A stretch of 64,000 nt of DNA from Candidatus Bathyarchaeia archaeon. Lineage in GTDB: Archaea > Thermoproteota > Bathyarchaeia > Bathyarchaeales > Bathycorpusculaceae. Positions 20,724 through 29,944 of the stretch are shown in pieces. The position numbers and the translations under genes were made by a program. Below the pieces are notes generated by a model. The model ran no database searches and was not told the DNA's origin. It was given only the letters and a program-made list of their open reading frames with translations. Each line of letters opens with the position of its first letter. The stretch's first letter is position 1. The DNA lies in contig JAVZLQ010000003.1 of NCBI GenBank assembly GCA_038883655.1, positions 64,001 to 128,000 of the forward strand, in the 5' to 3' direction.

Positions 20724-21200
20724 TTATTCTGCCAAGAGCTTTTTCGTCGCTTTTACCAGAAAATATCCGAGAACGTTGATGCTGATGACGGAGCCTATGC
20801 CTATCCCCAACCACCAAATCCACATCTCCATCTCCGTCAACACTGCCAAATACGTTCCAACAATAAACGTTATAACAGCAGTCGCTACGACGCACCCAAG
20901 AAATTCCCTTGAATATTGACCTAATTTCCATGCCAGCACGCCAGCCAAAAGGTTTGCCAAAGAACCAAAGGTAACATCTGCCAAAATGCTTGGCATAGGA
21001 CTTGCAACATTAGCTACGACGCTTCCAAGAGTGACGCCAATAACCGCAGGCCACCCGAAAACCATAGACAACGGAATTAACGCATCCGCAACTCTAACCT
21101 GAACCAATTGAAAACTTATGCCCGCCAAAGCCAAAACAAGAACAGCATATACAGCCGTGAAAATAGCTGTCAAAGCCAATTCTTTACTACCAAATTTCAC
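20724..21200 (-). CDS. queT: QueT family (queuosine/archaeosine precursor) ECF S-component
   Basis: A.YAVL..ISF..VQVRVADAL..L..FG...GVTLG..AN...D..FGSLA pattern; GTG start at 21200 after GGAGGTGG. Confidence 0.85.
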   Translation of the reverse strand: MKFGSKELALTAIFTAVYAVLVLALAGISFQLVQVRVADALIPLSMVFGWPAVIGVTLGSVVANVASPMPSILADVTFGSLANLLAGVLAWKLGQYSREFLGCVVATAVITFIVGTYLAVLTEMEMWIWWLGIGIGSVISINVLGYFLVKATKKLLAE

Positions 21201-21202
21201 TT

Positions 21203-21262
21203 TTCCACCTCCTACACCGGGGTTTATATGGCGGAACGGGTGGAGGCCCACTCACCCGCCAT
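21203..21262 (-). promoter_or_regulatory. Structured queT 5' leader, candidate riboswitch
   Basis: AUGGCGG/CCGCCAU and AGUGGG/CCCGUU stems with a CCUCCA loop complementary to the downstream GGAGG SD. Confidence 0.55.
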
Positions 21263-21292
21263 TTTGCGTCATGAAAAATTCTCTAGTTGCTA

Positions 21293-21730
21293 TTAAGCTT
21301 TGCCTTCTGTTTCGGCTTGAACCTTAACGAGGTCTGTGACTGTTTCAGCTACTTCCACGTTCACGTCTTCGATTGGCAGTCCTCGTCCCTTACTTGAGAA
21401 AAGCAAATCTTGTGGTGGAGGCGGCGTGTTTAGAATTGTCGACAATAGGTACATGGCTGTGAACGCGTGCTGATAAACCCTATGGAAAACGTATGGCACT
21501 TTTGTTTCTGGATCTGCTTCTAACATCTTGCTTATTTCGGAGTCCTTGCCAGTTAATGTTGCCGTACCTTCAATTTCAAATTTCACCACACTTGGCTTTG
21601 TAGAGAGGATGAGGCTGAAGCTGACGGCGACAAATTGGCTTTTGCGCTCTTTCTCTTCAAGCCTTGCCTTAACATCAAAATTTATAGATTCAGCCCCACC
21701 AGTCTTAACGTCAAGCCTCACACCTAACAA
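21293..21730 (-). CDS. Hypothetical protein (possible SecB-like beta-sheet fold); 5' end ambiguous
   Basis: Alternating beta-strand pattern followed by a helix and PPPP; frame stays open upstream to 21799 without a canonical start. Confidence 0.65.
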   Translation of the reverse strand: MLGVRLDVKTGGAESINFDVKARLEEKERKSQFVAVSFSLILSTKPSVVKFEIEGTATLTGKDSEISKMLEADPETKVPYVFHRVYQHAFTAMYLLSTILNTPPPPQDLLFSSKGRGLPIEDVNVEVAETVTDLVKVQAETEGKA

Positions 21731-21917
21731 TTTTGAAATCTCAACCTTAACTGAAACATTAGGAACGTATAGTGCTGGGCAAATAGCTGATTCCCCACTC
21801 TAACCAAACAGCATTATCTTTAGCCATTCAGCCTCTCGCAATAAAGCCTCGACAAAAATCAATTTTTGCCTTTTGTGTGTAGCAAAAAGTTACGCACACA
21901 GCGCATAGAAAACGTGA

Positions 21918-22778
21918 TCAGAAAAACTCGAAAAGAATAGCAAGCGAAGTGAAAAGCGCTACTATAAGCGAAATTATAACTACCACCTGACGTTCTCTCA
22001 GTGGGCGATTATAAGTAATTAGCGTAATCAAACTTCGCCTATGATCTGAAACGAGTTTTTCTCCATTAAAAGAAACACGCGCCTTAGCTCTAAAAAGAAA
22101 ATATGACAACAAAATTAGCGCTGAATTAAAGATGTAGGGCAAAATGCAAATAACCAAACTCGTTTTTAAATCGGAAATTATTGCAAAAGCCGCCAAAGTT
22201 ACCCCGATGGCGAAAGACCCCGTGTTTCCAACAAAAATTCTGCCTCGAAAGTTGAAAAAAGCCAAAATCAGCCAGACAGCAAGCGGAACATAAAGAAGAG
22301 GGGCATTATCCCCAGACATAGCCATTAACCCAACCAACACTATGGCTGGACAAACAGTTTCCAAACCATTCAGTCCCCCAAGCTGGTTCACAGTATTCGT
22401 AGTTATGGTAACAATTAATGGAATAACTACTAAAAAATAAGCAGAACCAAAATCTAAGACAGCGCCTATTATAGGAATGGTCATGGAAGTTCTCACGTTG
22501 AGCCTTATAGCCAAAGAAGCAAGTGGTATAGCGGCAATTAATGGAAAGAAAGCCTTATAGCGCCAACGTAAATCTATCCAATCGTCAAGCAAACCCATAA
22601 ATCCGCCAAACAGTATGCAAACAGCCAAAGTCAAAGCCTTAGAAACATTATCGCTTTGTGAACGGAAGTATTCAAGAAGGAAAAGGTATACGGCACTAGC
22701 TATAACGTAAATCACGCCTAAACCATTCGGAACCAAAGGCTTGTTTGGCTTGTGCATGTCCGGAACTTTCGGAAACAA
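21918..22778 (-). CDS. aglH: UDP-GlcNAc:dolichyl-phosphate GlcNAc-1-P transferase (AglH/GPT, glycosyltransferase family 4)
   Basis: DMHKP..P.VP.GLG, GLLDD, NTVNQLGGLNGLE, FVGNTGS; directly downstream of aglB. Confidence 0.8.
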   Translation of the reverse strand: MFPKVPDMHKPNKPLVPNGLGVIYVIASAVYLFLLEYFRSQSDNVSKALTLAVCILFGGFMGLLDDWIDLRWRYKAFFPLIAAIPLASLAIRLNVRTSMTIPIIGAVLDFGSAYFLVVIPLIVTITTNTVNQLGGLNGLETVCPAIVLVGLMAMSGDNAPLLYVPLAVWLILAFFNFRGRIFVGNTGSFAIGVTLAAFAIISDLKTSLVICILPYIFNSALILLSYFLFRAKARVSFNGEKLVSDHRRSLITLITYNRPLRERQVVVIISLIVALFTSLAILFEFF

Positions 22779-22791
22779 ATGTCACCGCTCC

Positions 22792-25146
22792 TTATGCATT
22801 AGGGTAATCCGCGTAATACTTTTCCCAGTTAATTTTATACAGACAAACTAATGGAACAATGTAACCATAGGCTTGCGATTTTACTTGTGTTAAGTCTAAT
22901 CCAGCAATATACGCTATCTCAAAATACTTGGGCTGAATGTCTTCAATCGTTAAATTATTTGCGGTCCACGTATTTATTTCTGGGTCTTGGTTATAGCCTA
23001 GTCGTAACTCACACCACTGGTGTTTTCCCCAAGCCATCAATTTATAAATTGTAGATTGCATTCCAAAAGCATTCCAAGCCCATCGGTTTGTTGTATTATC
23101 ATACTGCCCAAATTTAGATTCGTCAACCCACGTCGAATTAGCATCTATCAGCCCACTCATGTCGGTAATGCCGTCGCCGTTTGTATCACCTATCTTGAAA
23201 CGCCCTTCCACTTTTCCAGAGATCCGCGCCATCCACATCCACTTTCCTTCATCACCGTAACCAGCCCATGTGCCAGCGGGTAAATTGGTGCCTCCACTAA
23301 CGGAATAAAATGTTGTAAACACGAGAATATACTTGGCATCATAAAGTTTTAGCATCTTTAATGCGTCAGTTTCGTTGGCCATGAATATGAAGCCTATGTT
23401 TTCTATTTGCGTATAGTTTATTGTCGCGTTATCCGCTAGCGATGTTACATTACCGAGAATTGAAAGCCAATAGCCATAGTCCCACCAGCTGCAAACAACT
23501 TTCTCTCCTATTGGTTTAGGCCCTAAATTGCTTCTTAACCAGCTTAACATGTCCAACCATTCCTTAACTGGCTGGTTGGGCGCTATTGGAAGGCTTCCAG
23601 CTGAAATTGTTGTTGGCGTGTATGCTTGTCTGTAAACTTTTGGCACACCACCCGACTGGGGAGAAAAGGCAAAGTTTGTCATTAGGATTAGGAATATTAG
23701 GAATATTGCTGTTCCGCTGAACTCTTTTCCAACATGCTCTAAACCGTGCTTTTTCTTTACAACTGGTTTTGGCGGTTCTTTCAACAACGTGTAGAATGGT
23801 CTTAGAACACCTAGAACGCCGCTTGTTGCCACTAGACTAAAGGCGGGAGCCATAAGTACAAGCAGACGAACCATTGAACAGGCAAAATAGAGCGACGTTA
23901 TGCCGAAAAGTATTATGAATAAGTTTTTGTTTGTTGGTTTTCTGATAAGGAAGTATAGTCCTGCTATGAAGAATATTATGCCTATTCCAAACTCATAATA
24001 TATGGAGCCCCAAGCTGAAATTCTATGTTCAGCAACAGATTCCACAAGCGGGGACTCTGCCCTTGCAAACGGGTTAATTACAGAAATGAACTTGCCAGCA
24101 ATGCTTCCCAGATATCCATATTGCCAAAGAAAGGCGAAACCGCCTATTAAAGCACAAATGAATATTATAGTAAATGTTACACGCATTCCAGTTGATGTTA
24201 TGTTATGCAGAATTTCAGCAACGCATAGTAAGACAAACACTGCGGCAACTGGAATTATAGCTGAAGCCGTTAAATAGCTTAATGAAAGATAAGGAACGTT
24301 TATGGCTATAAATAAACCTAGCCCGAAAGTCACCGTATAGGACAATAGTAGCCTCTGCGAATACCTTTTGATTAAGATTAAAACGAGAACAAACAGTGTA
24401 GTTAACCCAATGGGATAAAAAGCTGCACCCCATCCAGAAATGAAATAGCCTAAAGCCAGTCCAGAGCCAATAGCGTACTTCATCGTAGAGTTGAGTGGTC
24501 TATCCTCTTCAAGTGATTTTAAAAACATATACATAAACAAAAGTAGGGCAACTATGCCTATTGTTTCGTCGTCAAAAAAGCCCAATGATGTCCGCTGAAT
24601 GTAAGATGGACTTAAAGCCAAAAACAGTGCTGAAAACAGTCCAATCGGGGTTCCTCCTATGTCTTTGCCGACAAAATAAATTATCAAGCACGCCAGTGTG
24701 CCCATTATTGCTGGGAAAAGCGCGCAGAAACTCATTAGGTCGATGTTTACTCCTAGCATGGAGATTATTTTGTAAAAAAATGCTGCGGTCATCGGTAGAG
24801 AAGGGTAAGACTGTGACATGTTTATTCCGTCTGGGTACCAGCGTTGGTAGTCAACCCACCCAGGAGGTATGTACGGTGCAAATAAGCCGTTTTCCACCAT
24901 GTATTTTGCTAGACTGTATTGGTAATAGGGGTCAAACTCTGAAAGTAGCAATGTGTTTTTTTCCGGCGCTATTTCCCAACGTAAAGGCAGGATGCGGATA
25001 GTGAATGCGACAAATAGTATAAGCAGTAAAGCTGAAATGGTCATTATTGAGCCATGGCTTATTCTAATTCGCAGTTTCCCCAAACTTTTTATTCTGTTGG
25101 CAATGCTTTCTTTTGATAAGGCTTCGCGAATGTCCATTGAGTCCAT
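22792..25146 (-). CDS. aglB: Oligosaccharyltransferase AglB/STT3
   Basis: EFDPYY, GFFDDE, SVAEH, SWWDYG, ADNAT, DEGK motifs; many TM helices. Confidence 0.95.
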   Translation of the reverse strand: MDSMDIREALSKESIANRIKSLGKLRIRISHGSIMTISALLLILFVAFTIRILPLRWEIAPEKNTLLLSEFDPYYQYSLAKYMVENGLFAPYIPPGWVDYQRWYPDGINMSQSYPSLPMTAAFFYKIISMLGVNIDLMSFCALFPAIMGTLACLIIYFVGKDIGGTPIGLFSALFLALSPSYIQRTSLGFFDDETIGIVALLLFMYMFLKSLEEDRPLNSTMKYAIGSGLALGYFISGWGAAFYPIGLTTLFVLVLILIKRYSQRLLLSYTVTFGLGLFIAINVPYLSLSYLTASAIIPVAAVFVLLCVAEILHNITSTGMRVTFTIIFICALIGGFAFLWQYGYLGSIAGKFISVINPFARAESPLVESVAEHRISAWGSIYYEFGIGIIFFIAGLYFLIRKPTNKNLFIILFGITSLYFACSMVRLLVLMAPAFSLVATSGVLGVLRPFYTLLKEPPKPVVKKKHGLEHVGKEFSGTAIFLIFLILMTNFAFSPQSGGVPKVYRQAYTPTTISAGSLPIAPNQPVKEWLDMLSWLRSNLGPKPIGEKVVCSWWDYGYWLSILGNVTSLADNATINYTQIENIGFIFMANETDALKMLKLYDAKYILVFTTFYSVSGGTNLPAGTWAGYGDEGKWMWMARISGKVEGRFKIGDTNGDGITDMSGLIDANSTWVDESKFGQYDNTTNRWAWNAFGMQSTIYKLMAWGKHQWCELRLGYNQDPEINTWTANNLTIEDIQPKYFEIAYIAGLDLTQVKSQAYGYIVPLVCLYKINWEKYYADYPNA

Positions 25147-25247
25147 CTCTCTCCTACAGAGATTATTAATGTGTTTTATTATCCTTACGGTTAATAGTGT
25201 TTCATAAACTCGACCCACGCGTATATACCTTTCCACGGCGCGTTACT

Positions 25248-26390
25248 TTAGACTGGAATCTTGCGTTTATATCCATATTTTTCCGTATCGTAAAACGGAA
25301 AAGCAACAACCTTCGCTTTCAACATTTTCCCACGTATCTTCACATTCACAATGCTCCCTTCTTGAGCATTCGGTATAGCCACGTAAGCCATGCCTATCCC
25401 GCAGTTAAGCAAAGGCGAAAACGTCCCGCTTGTCACATAGCCAATATTCTCGCCCTTGTCGTTGCAAACTTCATATTTTTGTCTTGGTATGCCTTGTTCA
25501 AGCATAAGCAAGCCAACGCGTTTACGCTTGATTCCTTCATTTTTCTGCTTCAGCAACGCTTCTTTTCCTATGAAGTTGTCCTTCTGAAGCTTTACAACAA
25601 AGCCTAATGCTGCCTCCAGCGGGGTTGTGGTCTCGTCTATGTCGTTTCCGTAAAGGCACATTCCAGCCTCAAGCCTTAGGGTGTCCCTTGCACCGAGACC
25701 GCAAGGTTCTATACCAAAATCTTTACCAGCCTCTAATATTGCATTCCAAAGCTTTACGGCGTTGGCGGGCTTTTCTAATGGAGTGTTCCATATGAAAATC
25801 TCGAATCCGTCTTCGCCGGTGTACCCGGTGCGGGATACAAAAACTTCTATATTCGTAAGGTGTGTGGGCACACCCTTAAACCGTTCGATTTTACTTAGGT
25901 CTTCTGTTGAAAGTTTTTGAAGTGTCTTTTCGGATTTTGGACCTTGAACTGAAAGCATTGCAACGTTGTCCGAAATCTCTGTTATTTTCACGTTAAAGTC
26001 CTTGGAATTTTTCACAAGCCAATTGTAATCTTTTTCGCGGTTAGCTGCGTTTGCAACAAACATGAACTTTTCGCTTTCCAGCCTATAAATTACAAAGTCG
26101 TCTATTATGCCGCCTTTCTCGGTGCACATAACAGAGTATTGCGCACTGTTCGGCGATAATCTAGAAACATCATTAGTTATCACATAATTTAGAAAACGTT
26201 CCGAATCGGGGCCATGAATTATTATGCGTCCCATGTGGGATATGTCAAAAAGCCCCACACTGTTTCGGACAGCCAAATGCTCTTGTATAACGCCCTTGTA
26301 CCATAAGGGCATTTCGAAACCCGCAAAAACCGTTAACTTCGCACTTTTTTTGTGTACTTCGTAAAGTTGCGTTCGCCGCACTCCCTCCAT
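25248..26390 (-). CDS. gcvT: Glycine cleavage system aminomethyltransferase T
   Basis: FAGFEMPLWY, FDISHMG, RTGYTGEDGFE, GLGARDTLRLEAG, TSGTFSP. Confidence 0.93.
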   Translation of the reverse strand: MEGVRRTQLYEVHKKSAKLTVFAGFEMPLWYKGVIQEHLAVRNSVGLFDISHMGRIIIHGPDSERFLNYVITNDVSRLSPNSAQYSVMCTEKGGIIDDFVIYRLESEKFMFVANAANREKDYNWLVKNSKDFNVKITEISDNVAMLSVQGPKSEKTLQKLSTEDLSKIERFKGVPTHLTNIEVFVSRTGYTGEDGFEIFIWNTPLEKPANAVKLWNAILEAGKDFGIEPCGLGARDTLRLEAGMCLYGNDIDETTTPLEAALGFVVKLQKDNFIGKEALLKQKNEGIKRKRVGLLMLEQGIPRQKYEVCNDKGENIGYVTSGTFSPLLNCGIGMAYVAIPNAQEGSIVNVKIRGKMLKAKVVAFPFYDTEKYGYKRKIPV

Positions 26391-26412
26391 TTTGGTAACA
26401 CAACCTTTTGTT

Positions 26413-26583
26413 TTACTTTATCTTCACTGGTTTAACATCAACGTTAATGGGTATAAGAGAAAGCTTTTTGCCACATTGCGGGCACTTTCCATTATGCATG
26501 TGTAAAATTTCATCTGGAGGCTTAAGTTCAGCCCCCTCATACAAAACACAACCACACTGTTGACAGACAACCCGTTGTGGCAA
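26413..26583 (-). CDS. 56-aa zinc-ribbon microprotein, not in ORF track
   Basis: TTG-started MPQRVVCQQCGCVLYEGAELKPPDEILHMHNGKCPQCGKKLSLIPINVDVKPVKIK*; two CxxCG; GGAG upstream. Confidence 0.75.
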   Translation of the reverse strand: MPQRVVCQQCGCVLYEGAELKPPDEILHMHNGKCPQCGKKLSLIPINVDVKPVKIK

Positions 26584-26717
26584 CTAAACACGCTCCGTGT
26601 AGAAAGGAATAACCCGACGCAATATTTATTGATTGCTAATTAGTGGCGGTGGAAATTTATTCTTAGACAATATTTAATTTGGGGAAATGCTTCTCTATAC
26701 GGTTACGTGGCTTGGAA

Positions 26718-28817
26718 ATGGAGAAGTACACGCTAATCATCACCGAAAAGCCAGACGCAGCACAGAGGATAGCCTTGGCGCTGGACTTGCAAGGCAAAGC
26801 AAGGAGAATGGAAGAAAATGGTGTGCCATATTTTGTGGCGAAAAGGGATAAGGACATAGTTGTTGTTCCAGCAATTGGACACTTGTACACCGTTGCTGAG
26901 GAAAGGAGTGGGAGAGGATACTACCCAGTTTTCAGTTTTAGGTGGGTTCCACGACACGTTGCGGAGCGAGGGGCAAAACAAATCCGCACATGGCTTGAAA
27001 CAATTTCAAAATTAGCAGGCAACGCAGACATGTTCATTGATGCTTGCGACTACGACATAGAGGGCAGCATAATAGGGTACTGCATACTCAAATACGCTTG
27101 CGGCAACAAAGAAAACGTCTCAAAACGCATGAAATACTCGACACTAACAAAAGAGGAATTGCAAAAATCATTTGCTGAACTCTTGCCACACCTAGACTTC
27201 GCCTTAATAGAGGCTGGACGCACACGCCACGAAGTTGATTGGCTTTACGGCGTAAACCTAACAAGAGCCTTGACACTAGCGGCAAAGGATTGGAGTGGCA
27301 AATATGCAACATTGAGCACCGGGAGGGTGCAGGGTCCAACATTAAGGTTTCTCGTTGCCAGAGAAAAGGCGATCAGATGTTTTGTTCCAACGCCCTATTG
27401 GAGTATAAAGGCAGAGGTCGAAATAGACGGGGCTGTTTTTGAGGCTGAATTTGAAAAACAAATCATAGAAACAAAAAAAGAGGCAAATGCTATAGTTGAG
27501 ACTTGCAAGGGAAAAGAAGGAAAAATAGAGAACATAGAGGTTAAAAAGTTCCAGCAAATGCCACCAACACCCTTTGATTTGGGCGCTCTTCAAAGCGAAG
27601 CCTACAGCCTTTTTGGTTACACGCCAATACGCACATTAAACATTGCTCAACGCTTGTACCTTGACGCTTTAATTTCGTATCCGCGAACAAGCAGCCAAAA
27701 ACTTCCTCCGACAATAAACTATGAGGAGATACTCAAAAACTTGAATAGGGCGCCAGAATACGGAAAGCTAACGGCGGAACTTCTTGCAGTAAAAGAGTTA
27801 AAGCCAAATGAGGGGAAGAAGGAAGACCCCGCGCACCCAGCAATTTATCCAACTGGAAACTTGCCCGAAAGAGTTTTGGATGAGTCTGAAAGGAGAATCT
27901 GGGATTTGATTGTTAGAAGGTTTATGGCTGTTTTCGGAGAACCAGCACTAAGACAAAGCGTAAAGGCATGCATAAACATAAGCGATTTCCACTTTTACCT
28001 TAGAGGAAGGCAAACCCTGAAGGAAGGGTGGCTCCACTTTTACGAGCCATATGTAAGAGCTGAGGAGGTTATTTTGCCGCCCATAACAGAAGGACAATGT
28101 GTAAAGATTAGAAGAATCGTTCTGGAGGACAAGTTCACTAAGCCACCTCCGCGATATAACCCTGGAAGCCTCCTCAAGAAGATGGAGGAAGCAGGAATTG
28201 GAACAAAGGCAACTAGGGCGGGCATAATACAGACTTTATATGATAGGAAATACGTTAAAGACGAGAGGATGGTTGTAACAGACCTTGGCTTTGAAGTTAC
28301 GGAGCTCTTAAAGAAATATTGCCCAGCGGTTGTTTCGATTAAATTGACAAAGGACCTTGAGGAAAAGATGAACAAAATTCAATTGAACAGCGAAAAAAGA
28401 GAAAACGTGCTTTTGGCGGCTGTTGAAATCTTAAAGCCAGTCATGGAAGAGTTGAAGCTTCAAGAGAAAGTTATAGGCGAGCAGCTAAGCAGCGCCATAA
28501 AACGAGCGAGACTCGAAGAAAGGGTGATTGGCACATGCCCAATATGCAACACTGGAAAACTTATGACACTATACTCAAGGAAAACGGGCAAACGGTTCAT
28601 CGGATGCACAAACTACTTCAAAAACACATGCAAAGCAGCATTTCCACTCCCACAAAGAGGCACAGTTAGGCCGCTTGGAAAGAATTGCCGCGGATGCGGT
28701 TGGCCAATAGTTCAAGTGCGCATGAAAGGAAATCGCCCATGGACGCTTTGTTTTAATCCGCAATGTCCATTAAAAGAGGAGAGGAAAAAGCGAGTTGAAA
28801 TGCAAAATATGCAGTAG
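26718..28817 (+). CDS. topA: DNA topoisomerase IA
   Basis: IITEKP TOPRIM, DYDIEG, STGRVQGP, ISYPRT catalytic Tyr, AHPAIYPT, GIGTKATR, C-terminal Zn ribbons. Confidence 0.95.
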   Translation: MEKYTLIITEKPDAAQRIALALDLQGKARRMEENGVPYFVAKRDKDIVVVPAIGHLYTVAEERSGRGYYPVFSFRWVPRHVAERGAKQIRTWLETISKLAGNADMFIDACDYDIEGSIIGYCILKYACGNKENVSKRMKYSTLTKEELQKSFAELLPHLDFALIEAGRTRHEVDWLYGVNLTRALTLAAKDWSGKYATLSTGRVQGPTLRFLVAREKAIRCFVPTPYWSIKAEVEIDGAVFEAEFEKQIIETKKEANAIVETCKGKEGKIENIEVKKFQQMPPTPFDLGALQSEAYSLFGYTPIRTLNIAQRLYLDALISYPRTSSQKLPPTINYEEILKNLNRAPEYGKLTAELLAVKELKPNEGKKEDPAHPAIYPTGNLPERVLDESERRIWDLIVRRFMAVFGEPALRQSVKACINISDFHFYLRGRQTLKEGWLHFYEPYVRAEEVILPPITEGQCVKIRRIVLEDKFTKPPPRYNPGSLLKKMEEAGIGTKATRAGIIQTLYDRKYVKDERMVVTDLGFEVTELLKKYCPAVVSIKLTKDLEEKMNKIQLNSEKRENVLLAAVEILKPVMEELKLQEKVIGEQLSSAIKRARLEERVIGTCPICNTGKLMTLYSRKTGKRFIGCTNYFKNTCKAAFPLPQRGTVRPLGKNCRGCGWPIVQVRMKGNRPWTLCFNPQCPLKEERKKRVEMQNMQ

Positions 28818-29028
28818 AGAAGCCATAGATAATCGTTACTGCGAACTGCACGCGAAGGCTTACGAGATTGTGGTCAAAAAGTATGAGAAATGGAGGAAAG
28901 CTCTAGAAATTTCTTGGAAAGAGTATTTAAGTGAGATTGTCAAGAATCCACTGACAGGCGAGTGGGCTAAAGAGGTGGCAGAGCACCTACTAAAAAGTGG
29001 AGAACGGGAAAATGTCGAAGAAAGTTAA
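28795..29028 (+). CDS. Small hypothetical protein with CxxC...CxxH motif
   Basis: MKCKIC...YCELH; overlaps both neighbours in an operon-like manner. Confidence 0.65.
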   Translation: MKCKICSREAIDNRYCELHAKAYEIVVKKYEKWRKALEISWKEYLSEIVKNPLTGEWAKEVAEHLLKSGERENVEES

Positions 29029-29434
29029 AAGGCAAATATCTTCAATGTCATACTCACTAACAAAAATATACAAGAAAATTACAACAACAAAACCGTCAAG
29101 CCTCGTTCTTTCAGCAATTGCCATTGCAGCAGCTGTTTTCCTCTTCGGCGGCGGCTTATATAATATAATAATGAAGCCATATCCAGCCGTTTATTATGGC
29201 GGAAGATTTTATCTGCTCTACCCAGAACTCGGTGCGCAGTTCATATTCGACAGCCTTATTTCAATGATTCTGTACGCGCTTGGCATTGTCGGGGTAATCT
29301 CCATGTACCAAAGTACAAAATACGCTTACAACCCAAGACAAGCCTACATTATGTTTCTGGTCGGGATAACCCTAATTCTGATAGCCTACATATACCTTGA
29401 AATCACGATACAGCTGAAAATAACTGGCAGATAA
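29012..29434 (+). CDS. OST3/OST6/OSTC(DC2)-like 3-TM membrane protein
   Basis: PS...FLFGGGLYNIIMKP...YPELGAQFIFDSL resembles DC2 PS...FLITGGIIYDVIVEP...YRVNGQYIMEGL (recalled sequence, aligned by eye). Confidence 0.6.
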   Translation: MSKKVKRQISSMSYSLTKIYKKITTTKPSSLVLSAIAIAAAVFLFGGGLYNIIMKPYPAVYYGGRFYLLYPELGAQFIFDSLISMILYALGIVGVISMYQSTKYAYNPRQAYIMFLVGITLILIAYIYLEITIQLKITGR

Positions 29435-29436
29435 GG

Positions 29437-29931
29437 TTACCACGGATTATTTTTTAAGCCAAGCTTATAGGCAGCAAAATTCGTCAACAAATGTATCGGT
29501 GGAGTTATAATCAACGTTGTTATCGCAAGTTCTACAGTTAAAATTGAAATTGGCACAGCGAACATCATCGCGCCGACAACAAAGTCAACTTGGTCAACTA
29601 TAGGCAGCAATTCTCCTGGTGCAAGCCCCAATCTTCTTTTTAGGAAGGCTCCAGCTAGGTCTCCGAACAAAGCGCCCAGAGATAACAGAAAACCGAAGAA
29701 CGGATGATAGCCGAAGAAAAAACTTTCCACTGAACCAGCAAAGGTTCCAACAAGAAGACCAAAAAAGAAACCTCTATAAGTCTTATTTTTTCCAAAAATT
29801 GGTTTTCCATCAAAAAACTTTTTGTTTAGATCTATTGGAAGTCCCCCGCCCACAATGACTGGAACCGCGTTTGCACAGTAGGCTGGAAAAATGAACTTTA
29901 ACGCTTCAATGATCAAATGCGCCAAGTCCAT
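29437..29931 (-). CDS. carS: CDP-archaeol synthase
   Basis: PAYCAN..P..GGG.PID, DGKPIFGKNKT.RG, GDL.G.FLKRR, P.VDQ.DF, K..PW. Confidence 0.92.
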   Translation of the reverse strand: MDLAHLIIEALKFIFPAYCANAVPVIVGGGLPIDLNKKFFDGKPIFGKNKTYRGFFFGLLVGTFAGSVESFFFGYHPFFGFLLSLGALFGDLAGAFLKRRLGLAPGELLPIVDQVDFVVGAMMFAVPISILTVELAITTLIITPPIHLLTNFAAYKLGLKNNPW

Positions 29932-29944
29932 GATGAAGACCTCG

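Noticed and set aside
21201-21251. ORF-track N-terminal extension of QueT (MGLHPFRHINPGVGGGK)
   Set aside because: It is a translation of the structured leader; a strong SD precedes the GTG at 21200.
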